NCBI GenBank assembly: GCA_038496445.1
Contig: JALMLS010000385.1
Coordinates: forward strand, 62,001-126,000
Source: Trichosphaerium sp. ATCC 40318
Taxonomy: Eukaryota; Protista; Tubulinea
Direction of reading: 5' to 3'
DNA: 64,000 nucleotides
Below, piece by piece: positions 26,282 through 39,312 of the stretch. A program made the translations under genes and the position numbers. Position 1 is the stretch's first letter. Every line of letters starts with the position of its first letter. Under the pieces are notes generated by a model. That model saw only the letters and a program-made list of their open reading frames with translations, was not told the origin of the DNA and did no database searches.

Positions 26282-27102
26282 TGCTTCTTGTATTAATTAT
26301 TTTGGTGGATATGAATGAAGTTTAAGTGTTGTGGTTGTGGTACATTCAATCGTGAACATTCTATTTCTTCCAATAGTTTTTCCGTTTAGTTTTTACTCGT
26401 TCATCGTGTTCCTTGATATGTATACCAGCAATTACCCAACAAAGATAGAGAATTAAACAAGCATTATGGATGTGAATACTTTGTTCAAAGAGTATTGACA
26501 GCTGGCAGTATTATAAAAATATTCGAAGTAATCCAAAGCTTATAATCTCTTATAGTTCTCATAGCTTGTAGTTTAAAGTCATGCTGCCGACTAAACTATT
26601 TTAAATGTAGCGATTGTCAGTAAACGACGCAGTTAAACGTTAGTCGTATGTGAATCGTTTTAAAGCCTGTATCCGCCAAGCCAACGCGTAGCTATTTTCA
26701 TTCTACTAGAAACACGTGACGATATTGTAGTTCAAATAATTTGTTGCGAATGTTAACAAAAACAGATGTTATTTTATCACGTGGCTTCTAATTCGCTTTA
26801 CATTCACTCCAACATTTCATACCACTACTGTTAGTTAGCTAAAATACGAAAAAACGCAATAGTACTACCAGCTGTCAATAATCGTTGAACAAAGAATATT
26901 CACATCCATAATGCCTGTACAGAGTTTAACTACATCCTTCGTTGTTTGAAAATTGTTAGTATTCATATCAAGGGACACGATGAACGAGCTTAAAACTAAA
27001 TGAAAGAAACATTGGAGAAATCATATGTTCACGATTGAATGTACCACAACCACAACACTTAAACTTCATTCATAACCACCAAAATAATTAATACAAGAAG
27101 CA

Positions 27103-27999
27103 ATGACTCTTCGATTAACAATATTCGTTACCTTGACATGCCTGATACATCTAGTGTTCACCCAAATCTACGCAGAAGAGAACTACCTTGCTTTATCCCA
27201 TATTTCAGTTGGGAAAAGTGTATGGGGCGTTGATGTTCATGGACAAGCCTACATTCTTCCATCAGTACCAGGAGCAGTAAACATCCCTGCGCCTTTACCT
27301 CTTAGTTACATCTCAGCTGGTGAGTCTGGCGATGTCTGGGCTATCACAACTGACGGGCAAATCTATTACCGAGATGGCATCAACATTACTGTACGAAATC
27401 TTTTTACTTGTGCATCTTAGTAAATCTTTGAGAAGGTGTGTGATTATGTTGGACATAGTTGGGTTACAGTTGGTGGTAGCATTGATCAACTATCTGTTGG
27501 AGTTGATGGTCGTGTATGGGGTGTAAATGCTGTTAACGCACTATACTATCGACCAGGAACAACAGGCCTATGGCAACTGGTAAGTACCTCATACATTGAT
27601 ATCTTTTTGCTCTTTTTTCTGTTGCGTACTATTCAATAATTGCTTTAGGTCTCAGGAGTAAACACTTTCTTAGAGGTTCACGTTGCCGCCGATAACGTTC
27701 CCTATGCCTTACATATCAGTGGATATCTTCGATACAGAACAGGTGTCACTGTTTCTACACCTACTGGTACTGGATGGGGTGCTGTGCCTGGAAATGTTAT
27801 TTTTGAGCATTTTACTATTTGTTACGGTGGTATCTACGGCGTTACACCAAGCAAACAAGTCATGACAAAGAAGCGTATTGATGACCCTTGGGTAACACTA
27901 CCTGGATTAACCTTTGATCAAATAAGTTGTGGTTACCCAAACAGGTTATGGGGAATCAAATCAATCACAGGTTCTATCATCAAGCTTATTGAACAATAA
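27103..27999 (+). CDS. Tectonin-like beta-propeller lectin, copy D (3 exons, signal peptide)
   Basis: HISVGKSVWGV, QLSVGVDGRVWGVN, YRTGVTVSTPTGTGW, QISCGYPNRLWG. Confidence 0.85.
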
Positions 28000-28465
28000 C
28001 CAATAATCACGTGACAATGCAAGCCTAAAAAACATAACAAAAAACAAATAAAACTCCGTTTTTGCTTTGTTGGTTTGATACTCACATCTGATATCCATGT
28101 TTAGTATTGAATAAAATCTACCCTTGTCTGTACTTGCTTAATTAATTCTTGATACAAGCACAGAAAATGCGATAATATCGATACTTATCAACTGTTACCA
28201 TGCACCGCCATGTTTATGTAGTTCAGAAGCAACGACATTTTTTAGTTAGTAGGCACATAGCAATAAGGTTCAAACGATATAAAGCGCAGTAACTGTTACT
28301 CCACTTTAACTATTTACAGCATAGATCGTCAGGTAGTAACATGACTCACTTTACGCCCAGAAAACGGTTTGGACTTTCATTGAAAATGTTGCAAAATTTT
28401 TTTTGGTTTTTGTTTTTGGTTTTGTGAATTTTATACATGGGTTACAATAATTGTAGGAAATCTAG

Positions 28466-30485
28466 TTATTGGTGTTGTTGTTGCTGTTCATCATATGGTT
28501 TAGGGTCTTCAAAAAAGTTGAATGCGCTTGCCATTATTGTTGGTGGCACTAAATAAAATAAGCATTCGCGGCCAAAAAAAAACTAAAAAAGTGACTTAAG
28601 CGAGAACTGGTTTTTGACAAACAACATTGTTTGTCAACTCTAAGTTCTAATCTTGTACACCGAAAGTAGCACATGGTTTAGCGCGTATTATGGTTTGAAT
28701 AAATTTCAACCAACAACACACCCATGAGGTGCTGTTTTTTGTAAAAAAAGTAAATTTATTTTTTGTACCGAGATCTTGCTTCATCTGCCCTGAGGATACA
28801 CAAGGACATCCTGTGGATTCAGTGTATTGGTCATTTACATATTCATCAATATCATTTAATGACTTGACCCAATTCCTAAAAGCGTTGTTACTTCAAATAA
28901 CAAGCACAAAAAAACCCAAAACTCAAAGACAACAGTTGGGAAATTGGTTACCTTGTTCGACGCTGAATAAAGTTGAGAAATTTAACGTTTTGTTTATCTT
29001 CTGGAGATATTGTATGAACACTCGAAGCGAAAGCACAACCTTTGATTATTGTAAGCAACGGAGAATCTAAAAAAAAAGCCAAAACTGAAATTTTAAGTAG
29101 TAACGCTGACTTCACCAAATCTTTTGTATTACGTACGACTTATGCGATCAAGAGCGTCAGCTATATTATATAAGTATTAAGGAATCATAAACACATGTTT
29201 AGTCGACCAGCAAGTCTCATAAAACACCAAAAACAAAGAAAAAAATTGGCGTACCTCTCTGTTTCAACAACTCTACAACAACAGGTCCACCAAGTGAATG
29301 AGCCATGAAGAAAATATGTGAAGCTTTTGCCTTTGATAATATATTATCCCATACATACAATAAGTGATTTGTAGGTGTGTCATTCTCAGGAACAGGAACG
29401 TCTGTACCATTAACTTTCACTACAACACCAAATTAGCAACATCACAAAAAAAATTCAGTGAAATTCTTGAGACTGTTGTATCACGTGACGAAAATAATTT
29501 TGCCTTAAAAAGAGATATGGGCTAGTTTGTTATAAATAGCGCACCTGAATTCGCGTTTGGATTTAATACAATGACAGCATAACCTCTTTGTTCGGCTTCT
29601 TTTAGGTACGAAAATATTGTACCAGTTTTAATGTCTACTTGTATACAAAGGCTTCTAGACCATAATCCAACCCTATATACGTTATTGCTAAACAGTAACA
29701 GACTAAAAAATCTAAATTTAAAGACAACAGAACGCACAGTGAGGTCACAAACGAGAAAAACTTTGAGCATAAAAAAAAACAAAAAAAAATTCCTGCGCAG
29801 TTACTATTTCGAAAAACTTCCTCGGAGTGAGCGTTTAACGTTTAAGCATTTAAAGCGCTTCCAATCAAGTGGTTTTTACGTCTCAGCCGTTTACAAAAAA
29901 TTTTCTTAAACGTACGTTTCTGGTCGTCTACCACCACAGCTTTGTACAATGACAAGAATCTTATTGCTAGTTGCGAGATTTTCTGTGTGATAAATCGGTA
30001 TCCGCGGCTCGTCTGATTTAGCGCCAATAGGCAAGTGCATGAGCTATTACGTGCGTAAGTAGCCTATATATGTATTTTAAACAACATCTAGATGCGTACC
30101 TTGAGTTTGTAGTCAGAAACCATCATTTGTACCAAATCTTTCTGTAATTGCTCTCCAAGTGCCACATAATGGGGCTGGTCTATGAATTTGAACTTTTCAC
30201 CTTGAAGCGACGTGTTAGAGTAAAATTAGTTTTTCCAATTAACGCCCTTACCAGTCGTAGAATGTCTTAGAACACCGTTTGGGTCTATTTGGTACTCAAA
30301 ATCAGCAAGACTCTGTGGATTGGCAGGTAATTTCAATAGAACGTCTTCCTACACATACTACGTCATTTTGGAGGTCAATATAACGTTTAACGAACTTGGG
30401 TGTCACTTGTTGATCTATAAACCATGTATGCCGCTAAGGCCGCCGCGCCTAAAACGGCAGTACCCAGAGCGATGCGAAACTCCAT
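28466..30485 (-). CDS. FAM172A: FAM172/ARB2A-family (Arb2 domain, alpha/beta-hydrolase fold) protein
   Basis: SLADFEYQIDPNGVLRH..GEKFKF..HYVALGE; GLWSRSLCI...GTIFSYLKEAEQRGYAVIVLNPN; HLLYVWDNILSKAKASHIFFMAHSLGG all match FAM172 motifs; hydrophobic N-terminus MEFRIALGTAVLGAAALAAY. Confidence 0.85.
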
Positions 30486-31053
30486 ACGATTGCCAATAAT
30501 AAAAGAGAATAAGTGACAGCCCTGAAAAAAAATCGATGTGAACCTTTTTATTCCTTCCATGTATTAAAAGGAGCCTTTACATGCATAGTAAAACTAAGGA
30601 AGTGAAATCATAGAAACAAGATTTGTCAAAAGTCTAACAGCTAAAAACAGATGTCATTCAATTGGTAGCCAGCTACGCTATGCAAAATGACTCCAGGCAT
30701 TTACTCTTGGAGTATTTGGAGACAAGAATCCGCGTTGGATTTGTTCAAGCTCTATTACTACACCCACAACTAGTGAGGGTAAGCTTGTTACTGATCTTCG
30801 TAAAACATGTTTCTACATAATTCCGCACAAGAAACACTACATCTGTAGTCAATGGGTTCAATATCCTCTAGAAAACGTACAATGCACGTATAACATGAAG
30901 TGCATCAAGGAAATAACAGTCTTGGTAGCGAAAAGATACATTGTAGGTGACAATCTGCCTTGTGGAATGAATGAATTCAGAAAAAAATGAGAATACAACT
31001 GTTAGCCTCACAATTGTTATTGCAATAATTTATTTTGTGGTGTGATCATTACC

Positions 31054-31860
31054 TTACATTAAAGAACATGAGTTTGTGTCATTTGATTCTGCCAACTTTT
31101 CAACTTTGAACTTGATAGCACTCCCAAGCATGGCAGCTTCTAAAACGACTACATTCTATAAATTTTGTGTTGAAGATAAATTACTATTTACCTTCTTTTA
31201 CACCAATGCCATCTAAAGCGCTTGTTTCAATGTAGCTGTACAACTTGTATTATGTCAAAATTACAAGAGTAATATAACATGACGTACATTGTATTCTTGA
31301 ACAACTTCTATTACTTCTTCCTTTGTCACTTCTGCTTTGAATTCTTTTCGCAGATCAGACTTGGTACCAACAAGTACTTTAACTACTCCAGGCCTAAAAT
31401 GATTTGCCTCTATAATCCACTGTAATATGAACGTAAGATATAGGTAACTATATATTTATTAATCCTGTACCCTTTCTTTGATTTGTGTAAACGACGTTCT
31501 GTTTGATACATCAAAGACTAATAGCAAAATATCCTAAATTTTTTTTTAACTGTTATTGTCTTTGTTCACGTGCTATTATTTTACCGTATCGCTGTATTTC
31601 ATTGCGTGGCGATAATTGTAGCAACTTAGTCCGTCATAATTTCCAGCTGTATCCCAAAAGGCTTTTTTTTGAACCGGGTGTTAGGATTGACTTGATTTCT
31701 TGGGGCAATGCTTACTTAACTCAACATTTTTGTAAAAAACTGTTTGCAGATTTATCCTGTTCCGAGTTACATCCGTCAATTCGTTTTTTTTACGCTACCT
31801 GGACAAGTCCATCATTTTAACGTATTCACGGGGAAATCTATCTATGTTTGCCTAACTTAG
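31054..31860 (-). pseudogene. Rho/Rac-family small GTPase, divergent or 5'-truncated (P-loop exon not found)
   Basis: Exons give FPREYV, WDTAGN, DILLLVFDVSNRTSF, WIIEANHFRPGVVKVLVGTKSDLR, YIETSALDG and a CAAX end CSLM*; no GxxxxGK[ST] exon recognisable upstream. Confidence 0.65.
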
Positions 31861-31997
31861 AACATTCATAAAGGTGAGTGGGTTACATTCAAACTCATAC
31901 TTGAGAATATCGGTAAAAAAGAAGAAATAGTGTGAAACACGGCCGGTCCGTAAGTTTACAGAATATTTGAAACCAGGAGATAAGAAAATATATGAGA

Positions 31998-32749
31998 TAT
32001 TGTATGTTTCATTCAAGTTTTACTAATATTTTCTAGAAAGTGAGTTTTTAGCACTTTTAACAGATCTAGCAAGATCTGACACTTCTGTCAAATGGTGTAG
32101 ATCTATCACAATGTGAACTATTTGTGTTACAATGTTGTCCTTCATTGTATGCCTTAAGTAAGCGATGGCAAAATTTTCAATGTAAGTTTCAACAGACCAT
32201 GGAAGATGATCGCAGTATTTTACCTACGCCAACTGTACACGGTACGATCCCACAGAGGTGTTCAATGCAAAGCGAATTAAAAAGGTATGATGTCCTACAA
32301 AGCTTCGCATTACCGCCAAACACAGTATGAATGCATCAAACACTGTTTGCTGTATGTTTTGCTTCAAAAAATCAAAACGTGTATAACTTACTAGCGCTAC
32401 GCTAGCGCCTACCCCACGCTAACAGAAGCGCTACTATCATCCAAGCAGCAATGAAGGTGTAACAACGTCAAAACCGCCCCAAAACACCACCAGCGTTGCT
32501 GTAGGCTTTGTAAACGCCGCTAGGCGTCAAATATGTAAATAAAAAAGTTTGCTCTGGGTTTGTTAAATCACGTGGGTTTGAAACGGTTGGAGTCACTGGA
32601 CAGGCGTGAGGGTAGATCACATTTAAAAAATGACAATTTGCAAGATCTGTCAGAAGTGTCAAATCCGTCAGATCTGACAGATCAGGCAGAAACTGGATTT
32701 TTTATGCTAAAAGTCAGTCTGTCTCAAAACTTGAATGAAACAGACAATA
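31998..32749. mobile_element. MITE-like non-autonomous DNA transposon (~750 bp)
   Basis: TATTGTATGTTTCATTCAAGTTTT (31998-32021) vs reverse complement of 32726-32749, 23/24 identical with TA at both extremities; subterminal IR GATCTGACACTTCTGTC; no transposase ORF. Confidence 0.65.
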
Positions 32750-33549
32750 CTTGTTCGTTTCAACAAATCAATACCACACTATGGTACCAGCTCTCGCTTT
32801 GGATCTTCAAGTCGTTTCAGCGATACCCTTTCTCTTCCAGGGTCAAACACTCACATACATGTCGCAAACACCTGATGTGTTCCCCTTCAAGTATAGAACA
32901 TACATGGTACACAATAGTAAGATGTACAGTCATTGTTCATTAGTTACCAGCAACATTGTGGATCTTACTTTGTACAAATCATAGTAATAAAATAGATAGC
33001 CGACACAGCTCTATTCTTAACAAACTATCCCACAGTGTTTATGATAGCAAGCGCTTGTTATCTATCTCATGTAGCAGCGCTTTTTACTGGTCAATAAAGT
33101 AGTGATACGTATCGTGTACTTGCTAATCACGCGACTCTTTATCTTTATCTCCTTTTACGACCTAACTCTCATTCAGGTTGTCAAGACATTGAGTAGATTT
33201 AGGCTTAAGTAGCAACCATATTAAGATGCTTTTTATCGCGACATGACACGTGCTTCTTTTTGAAAAAGTTGATTTTAAAAAAACACCAAACTGTATCAAT
33301 AGGTAGGTAGTAATGTCTGAAAACGTATTATTTGCGCGTGTTCGTGAAGGAACTCTTTCCTACGAAAAGATAAAAACTGAAAACAAATTATCCGGATGAA
33401 TTTGTTAAATGGTCAAAACTATCCCAACTGTGACGAGATAGAAAAGAGAAATTCATAACTTCAGAAAACACTAAAATCCATTTTGTCGCTGACCACGACA
33501 GACTTTATTATAACAGATATACTGTTAAACGTACATATACATAGATTTT

Positions 33550-36500
33550 ATGATCACGTGGAGCGTGTTTACATCTGCTGCGCTAGTGTGGATAACGTTG
33601 GTTACATTTGGCTCGCCAACTAATTGTGAAACGAAGCAAATAAACGTTGGTGCGTTTACAGTTAGATGTAGAATCTATGTGTGTGGGTGTTATTTACGTC
33701 ATACTTTAGCTCTTTCGTTGCCAAGAGACAACGGGCATTTGCCTTTCCCCATTGGCACAAACCTGTTCTTGTACGGCGTTGTTAGCGTTTTGAAAAAAAA
33801 AACTACAACAGTTGAACAAAAAAAGCCAGTTTGTGCGCTATATCTAACCCACGTGATTAGGGATGGATTTGAATACTTTGAGAAATGGCTATCACATCAT
33901 CCAATACAAGAAAGTACACCAAACTGCGACGCTCTAATAACACTTGATTTAGCTTCCAAATAGCAATTTAAACATCACATTGAAGTTTATTGTCGAAGAC
34001 GACAGTTTTATATTACCTAACGCCAAGCGCTTTTACAAGAGTTTTGCTGAGCGCAACGATATATCTTTTTTACTAGCACCATACGGAAAAAAATTAGCAG
34101 AAGCTGCAGCTACCATAACAGAAGAGAACGATCTGACTCTATGTAAAATTTTTTTTCGGACTGTTTTTATTTTATTTATTTTTATCCTTAGTGAGCTTCA
34201 CAAACATTGATTCGAAACTTCCACTTATTGGCAGGCAAGTATTGCCGTTGAGGATACCTACAAACAAGGATTATGAGTACGTCATTCCATCCTTTCCTTC
34301 TTTGTTTCCAATGTTACCTAACATTCACTAAGGATTACTCTCGCTCCTCTTCGTGTTGCAGGCGCCAAAACAGTTGTCATCATTCAAAGGAATGATACAG
34401 AAGCAGAAGATTGTCTGCATCCAGATTTTAAAGAAGCCATGTTTAATCAAGGTCTTGATGTTGTTGATACAATTCACATGCAAGGAATAGGTAACACCAA
34501 ATTTTTTTTTGCAAAGTTGTACTAAACGCTGTTCCTGCCAGGACTGAATTTCCCTGAGCTCCCATTTGGCGATCCAACAGAAACAGCGCGTATTGAAGAA
34601 TATGTCGCCAGGGAGACTCTAAGAGTTATACGAGAAAAAGATCCAGACGCATGGTTTTTCTGCGATTATTCAAATGGAGGTCATTTATTGGAAGTAATGC
34701 AAAGTGTAGATTACACTCCAAGAGCGTTTATTGGTCCTGGTAGAAGAATATTTGGTCCCACATGGGATTATGAGTCTAATATATTATCCGTACGTGATGT
34801 TATATATCATGAAAGCTAAGAATGGCACTCCCAAATTCTCTTCGAGTTGTAACTTTTTTTATTGTAGTTTGATAGTCAAACAGACTTTCCTAAAAGCGAT
34901 GACCCTTTTGGTACTATGACGTCACTTGCAGCAGATTTCTTTTCGAGAATGAATAGAACAATAGATACAACTACTTTCGATGCTATATTGCCAGGAGTAG
35001 TAATACAGATGGGACTTGAAGAAATGGACAAAAATGGCAAAACATTCGAGGTACAAATAGTTAGTGGTCCCAATTCACTACAAATAGTTAAAACCCCCTT
35101 GCACACCTTGTCATGACACCTTTTTCTTTCTTCTTTTATTCTAATCGCCAAAAGGTTGATGGTAATGGCCGACTAAGAGTTGCTAATTACGAAGGATGTA
35201 TGGGCAATAGTAACGTACTAATTTCTACTTGAATAAGTTGTTTAACATAACTTCTATTTTAGAACCAGGACGCTGGGTTTCTTTATCTACAAACTGAACT
35301 TAAAGACACGCTTGTACGAATGGATATTACTACAGTAGTAGGTCCTTTAGGATGGGATACAAGGAACAGACAACAGAGGAAAAATTTGTTTGTACAAGTC
35401 GTCAATGGTGACGACAAAGTAGTTTCTCCTATCTCTATTCAAGAAACCCAGTTTGTTTATCCCATGCCCACATGGAAAGAGCGTGTTTTTAATCCTGAAT
35501 TTGGTACGTTTTGTTGATACATTAACAGCGAAAAACACCTAATACTACCTTTTAAAGGTCATTGGACAGAGGTCATTGTGACTATTATATCAATCTTACT
35601 TTCTCTTGTAAGTATTGGATGGGCTACCTTTACACTGGTTCTATTCTTAGGGTATGGTCCAAAACAAATGCAGTGCGCAATAAAGGTGAGAGACGCTTTA
35701 ATAATTATTCTTAACCTGGTTTCATAAGGCTTCATCTCCTTTATTTATGTGCCTCACACTCCTTGGAAGTATTATATTATACTTATCTGCTCTTACGTTA
35801 CTTCCAAACTTGGTTTCAGATTTCACTTGTGCGGCAAGGGCGTGGCTTGTTGATATTGGATTCATTCTTCTTTTTGGGTTTGTTTTTTCTTTTGAAGTTG
35901 TTGATTTTGTTTCTTACTTTTTTCTTAGGCCATTCTTCGCTAAAGCACGTGATAATTTTTGAAATCATTTTTTTAATTTATGAGTGCTCTAGACTTTCAG
36001 AATTGAACGGCTGTGGAGTATAAGAACAACAGAAGTCTTTACTATTTCGAATCTGATGCTTTTCACTTGGGTGTTTGGATTATTTGTCGTTCATGTTGTT
36101 CTTCTAAGTACAATGGTACACGCTCACAAATCGTAACTATATTTATAAACTGTCTTGCTAATGTTTGTTACAGACTGTTTATGGAAATATAAGACGAGAA
36201 ATTGTTGTTGTGGATAGTGTAAGAGTTATCAATAACTATTATAAATGTAAAGCGAATACTTTTTATGTAATAATGGCATCTTTTCTTGTAGCACTAGATG
36301 TACGACAATATCAAAATCTTAGTGAAAAATGCCACTAATTTAACTATACTAGGCTATTTTAATGGGATTTGGAGCATTCTTGGCATTCAGAGTGAGAAGG
36401 ATACCGATCAGTATTTACAACGAATCGAAAGTGATTTTTTATGCTGTTTACAATGTAATATTTTTTTCAATCATTTGTGTTGCTCTCTTCACACCAGATG

Positions 36501-36789
36501 ACATTGAGCAATTCACACAATTTTTCATTGTAGCACTTCTTATAATGCTAGGATCAGGTACGATATTTGCTTGGGAGAAAGCTAACCATAACATGAGACC
36601 AAATTCGTCATTTTGATGTGCTAATTGTTTCCTGTTTTAGCGATCACAGTGAACATACTCTTTCTATTTAAAGTGTCACACATATTTTCTGAAATCAGTA
36701 AGACGTCAAAGTCAGCAACTGATAAAAATACAAGATCACAAGCAACTGCACCTGCTCATACTGCAACAAATAGTTGTCAAGAAGTTTAA
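33550..36789 (+). CDS. Family C (GABA-B-like, Dictyostelium Grl-type) GPCR with periplasmic-binding-protein ectodomain
   Basis: Signal peptide; Venus-flytrap-like segments (FIVEDDS..FLLAPYG, TTVVGPLGWD); 7TM motifs KASSPLFMCLTLLG, CAARAWLVDIGFILLFG, FAKTFRI, IYNESKVIFYAVYN. Confidence 0.85.
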
Positions 36790-37233
36790 AATAAATCATT
36801 TTGAATGAGGGGTTTTGTTCATATAAGTCAACCTAAGGATATCACTCACTCAATCATATACACGTTGAAAAACCGTAGCAGAGATTCACATAAGGCGTAA
36901 GCCATGAAAAGAAAACGCTTGTGACACGTAGTCGGCATGTTCTATTTCTTCGAAATCCGTTCTTTTTGGAGGCTTTTGTACGACATTTTTGTAGAAAACA
37001 TACCATTTTTTAGTCAATCGTGGCTCTAATCAATTTCGCGAAAGTATTGCGCGTGTTTTAACAAAATGCAGGACATCTCCTGGAATCAGAGATGTCATTC
37101 AGTATTCGTAAGACTAACAGTAGTTCGAGAAATCATCACATTTAAATGTTGTTGCATACCGAAAAATCTGTAACTTTTCTTTTTGAGTCATTTCTCTAAC
37201 TCTTTGACACTGTTAACAGCTGTTTCGCTCGCC

Positions 37234-38035
37234 ATGTCAAGTACTACTGAAGCCTCCAGAGTCCTTTTTCAGATGCTTTTTGATCAAAAAGAAGAAGAAG
37301 CGCTCAAATTTGCTTCAACGCTTGACGTTAGCGATGGCGCTACCGCCTCTATTGTTAATTACACACATAAAGGCGCACCAGTCTCAGGATGGACATGTTG
37401 CCATCTTGCGGCATTTAACGGCTACTCTAAAGTGTTGCGAATGCTAGTAGAGAAGAAGGCGGATTTTAAAGTGTATTCAGACAAAAAGAGCTCACCAATA
37501 CATCTGGCATGCTTACGTGGAAGATTGGAGTGCCTACAGATACTTTTAAAAGCTGGTAACCTAAATAATCACAATAACATCCTAAAATGCTTATTTAGGC
37601 GCTGACCCTAACGCACGATTAACAGAAGGGGATAATACGCCTCTAATAACCTCATTCATGTGTCCAGAGGAGGATGAGAGGAAGGATATCATTAAGGAAC
37701 TTGTCAAAGCAGGTGTTGACTTAAACCAAGAACTTCCGGAAGATACCTCAGATGAGAACCAGCCTCATGGTCTTGACTATGTTCTATGGGCTATATGGAA
37801 CGATAGAGAAGACGTTGCTATAGATTTAATCCAATGTGGAGCCTCAGTAACGACAGTAATGACAGCTTCCGCTTGGGCCTTTCAAGTTCGAAAGTTTGGC
37901 GATGTTACTATTATGACAAAAGGAAGGTTTGGCGCTGTTGAAGATGAGTTTTATGAACGTGAAGAGTATACTGCTTTGACACTTGCACAAGCTTTGCATA
38001 TGGATAAACTCATAGCTGTCATACAAGCCTTGTAG
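37234..38035 (+). CDS. Ankyrin-repeat protein (2 exons)
   Basis: GWTCCHLAAFNGYSKVLRMLVEKKAD, SPIHLACLRGRLECLQILLKAG|ADPN, ELVKAGVDLN; intron ~37556-37598. Confidence 0.88.
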
Positions 38036-38159
38036 TTGAGATATTACCATTTCAATAAAGCGTCTTACTCACAATTGAAAAAAAAAAAAAAATACATCTG
38101 TTTATTCCTTCACAATGGACCGAGATTATGCTTGTGTTTGTTTCTTTATTTTTACATAG

Positions 38160-38630
38160 AAATTATGTAGTACTAGGTTTACTATCCCCTACCTCAACCA
38201 AATATACTTAATCGCTTCGTATCATCTAAGTGGGTGTTAATTAATTATGTGAATAAAAACAGAAAGTAGTTTGGCACTTGCGTGTTCTCGCATTTCCCTA
38301 TCCCAACCATTATCAGCCTTACCAAGGCGAGTAAAATTTATGATAAATTCTACAGCGCAAACATACCACCTTCTATTGGTACTACATTCCTATCTAGACA
38401 CAAGGTAAATCATAAGAAAAAAACCCGAAAATTCTTCGGCAATTTAGATCAAACAGCTGCTGTTTGTTAAAGAAATCACGCGTTTTGAATTCTTTGTTAA
38501 GTTTATACAAAAAGACTCTCAGCTAACATATTTTCACAACATTCATAAGATCAGAGCCAGTCAGACGCTAAAAATAGTGCAAAACAATTATCTGTTACCT
38601 TACTTTTTTCTGTTTCACGTATTTGCCATA
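38160..38630 (-). pseudogene. Inverted, degraded copy of the 3' end (last intron, last exon, 3' flank) of the F-box gene at 11356
   Basis: Reverse complement matches ~11975-12470, e.g. TTTTGCACTATTTTTAGCGTC, CTTAACAAAGAATTCAAAAC, TCTAGATAGGAATG, GCCTTGGTAAGGCTGA. Confidence 0.75.
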
Positions 38631-39012
38631 GAAATAATCACGTGACTCAAACACAACTTTCAATTGCACCAAACACTTTTTTACTCTGACAAAAAGAACA
38701 TACTTGTAATAATGTATGGACTGCTGTCTATAAAACCCCAATGACAGCTGCATACTGTACGCAGCTTAGTTAGAGTTCTAGATAGTAAGATTGTTCTAAA
38801 CATCTACATTAGCTTTAACAATCTTAGTTTGTGGTGTGGTACAGCGTATTAAAGCTATAAGCCCAGGGAAATAGTAACAAAACAAACTGAATTTAAGATT
38901 TAGCCGTCAGCTGAGGTTTTAATTTGACACCTGCTGCTTCCACTATCATAGGATTTATTTGATCAATGTTGTACTTGTTACGTTTCAGACTACATACTGT
39001 ACAGGATCTTCT

Positions 39013-39312
39013 TCAGATGTGCTTCATAGCTTCATGCTGTTCTCTGCGTTCCTTCTTCTTCAAGTTCCACCAAGTTAAAAGCCCAACGCAACCAGCAGCT
39101 AGACCAGCTTCTCCAAGGGCTACCAATACAATAATGTACCACAAATTACGGTGTGAGGGTTGATAGATTATCAATGCTCCTATTTGTATTGCCGTAGCTA
39201 GAACAAAGAGAACAGCAATAGAGAAAAGTGATATGAACAGAGCGTCTTTTATTTTTTCCTTAGGTTTGTATACTTTTGCTACCATAAAAATAAGAGCCGC
39301 TTCGTAGCACAT
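39013..39312 (-). CDS. Small 2-TM hypothetical protein
   Basis: Intronless 99-aa ORF with two long hydrophobic segments and a basic/charged tail; no recognisable family. Confidence 0.45.
   Translation of the reverse strand: MCYEAALIFMVAKVYKPKEKIKDALFISLFSIAVLFVLATAIQIGALIIYQPSHRNLWYIIVLVALGEAGLAAGCVGLLTWWNLKKKERREQHEAMKHI

Noticed and set aside
32200-32260. Minus-strand CTVGVGKI as the missing Rho P-loop
   Set aside because: Does not fit GxxxxGK[ST], lies inside the TIR element and has no clear splice path.
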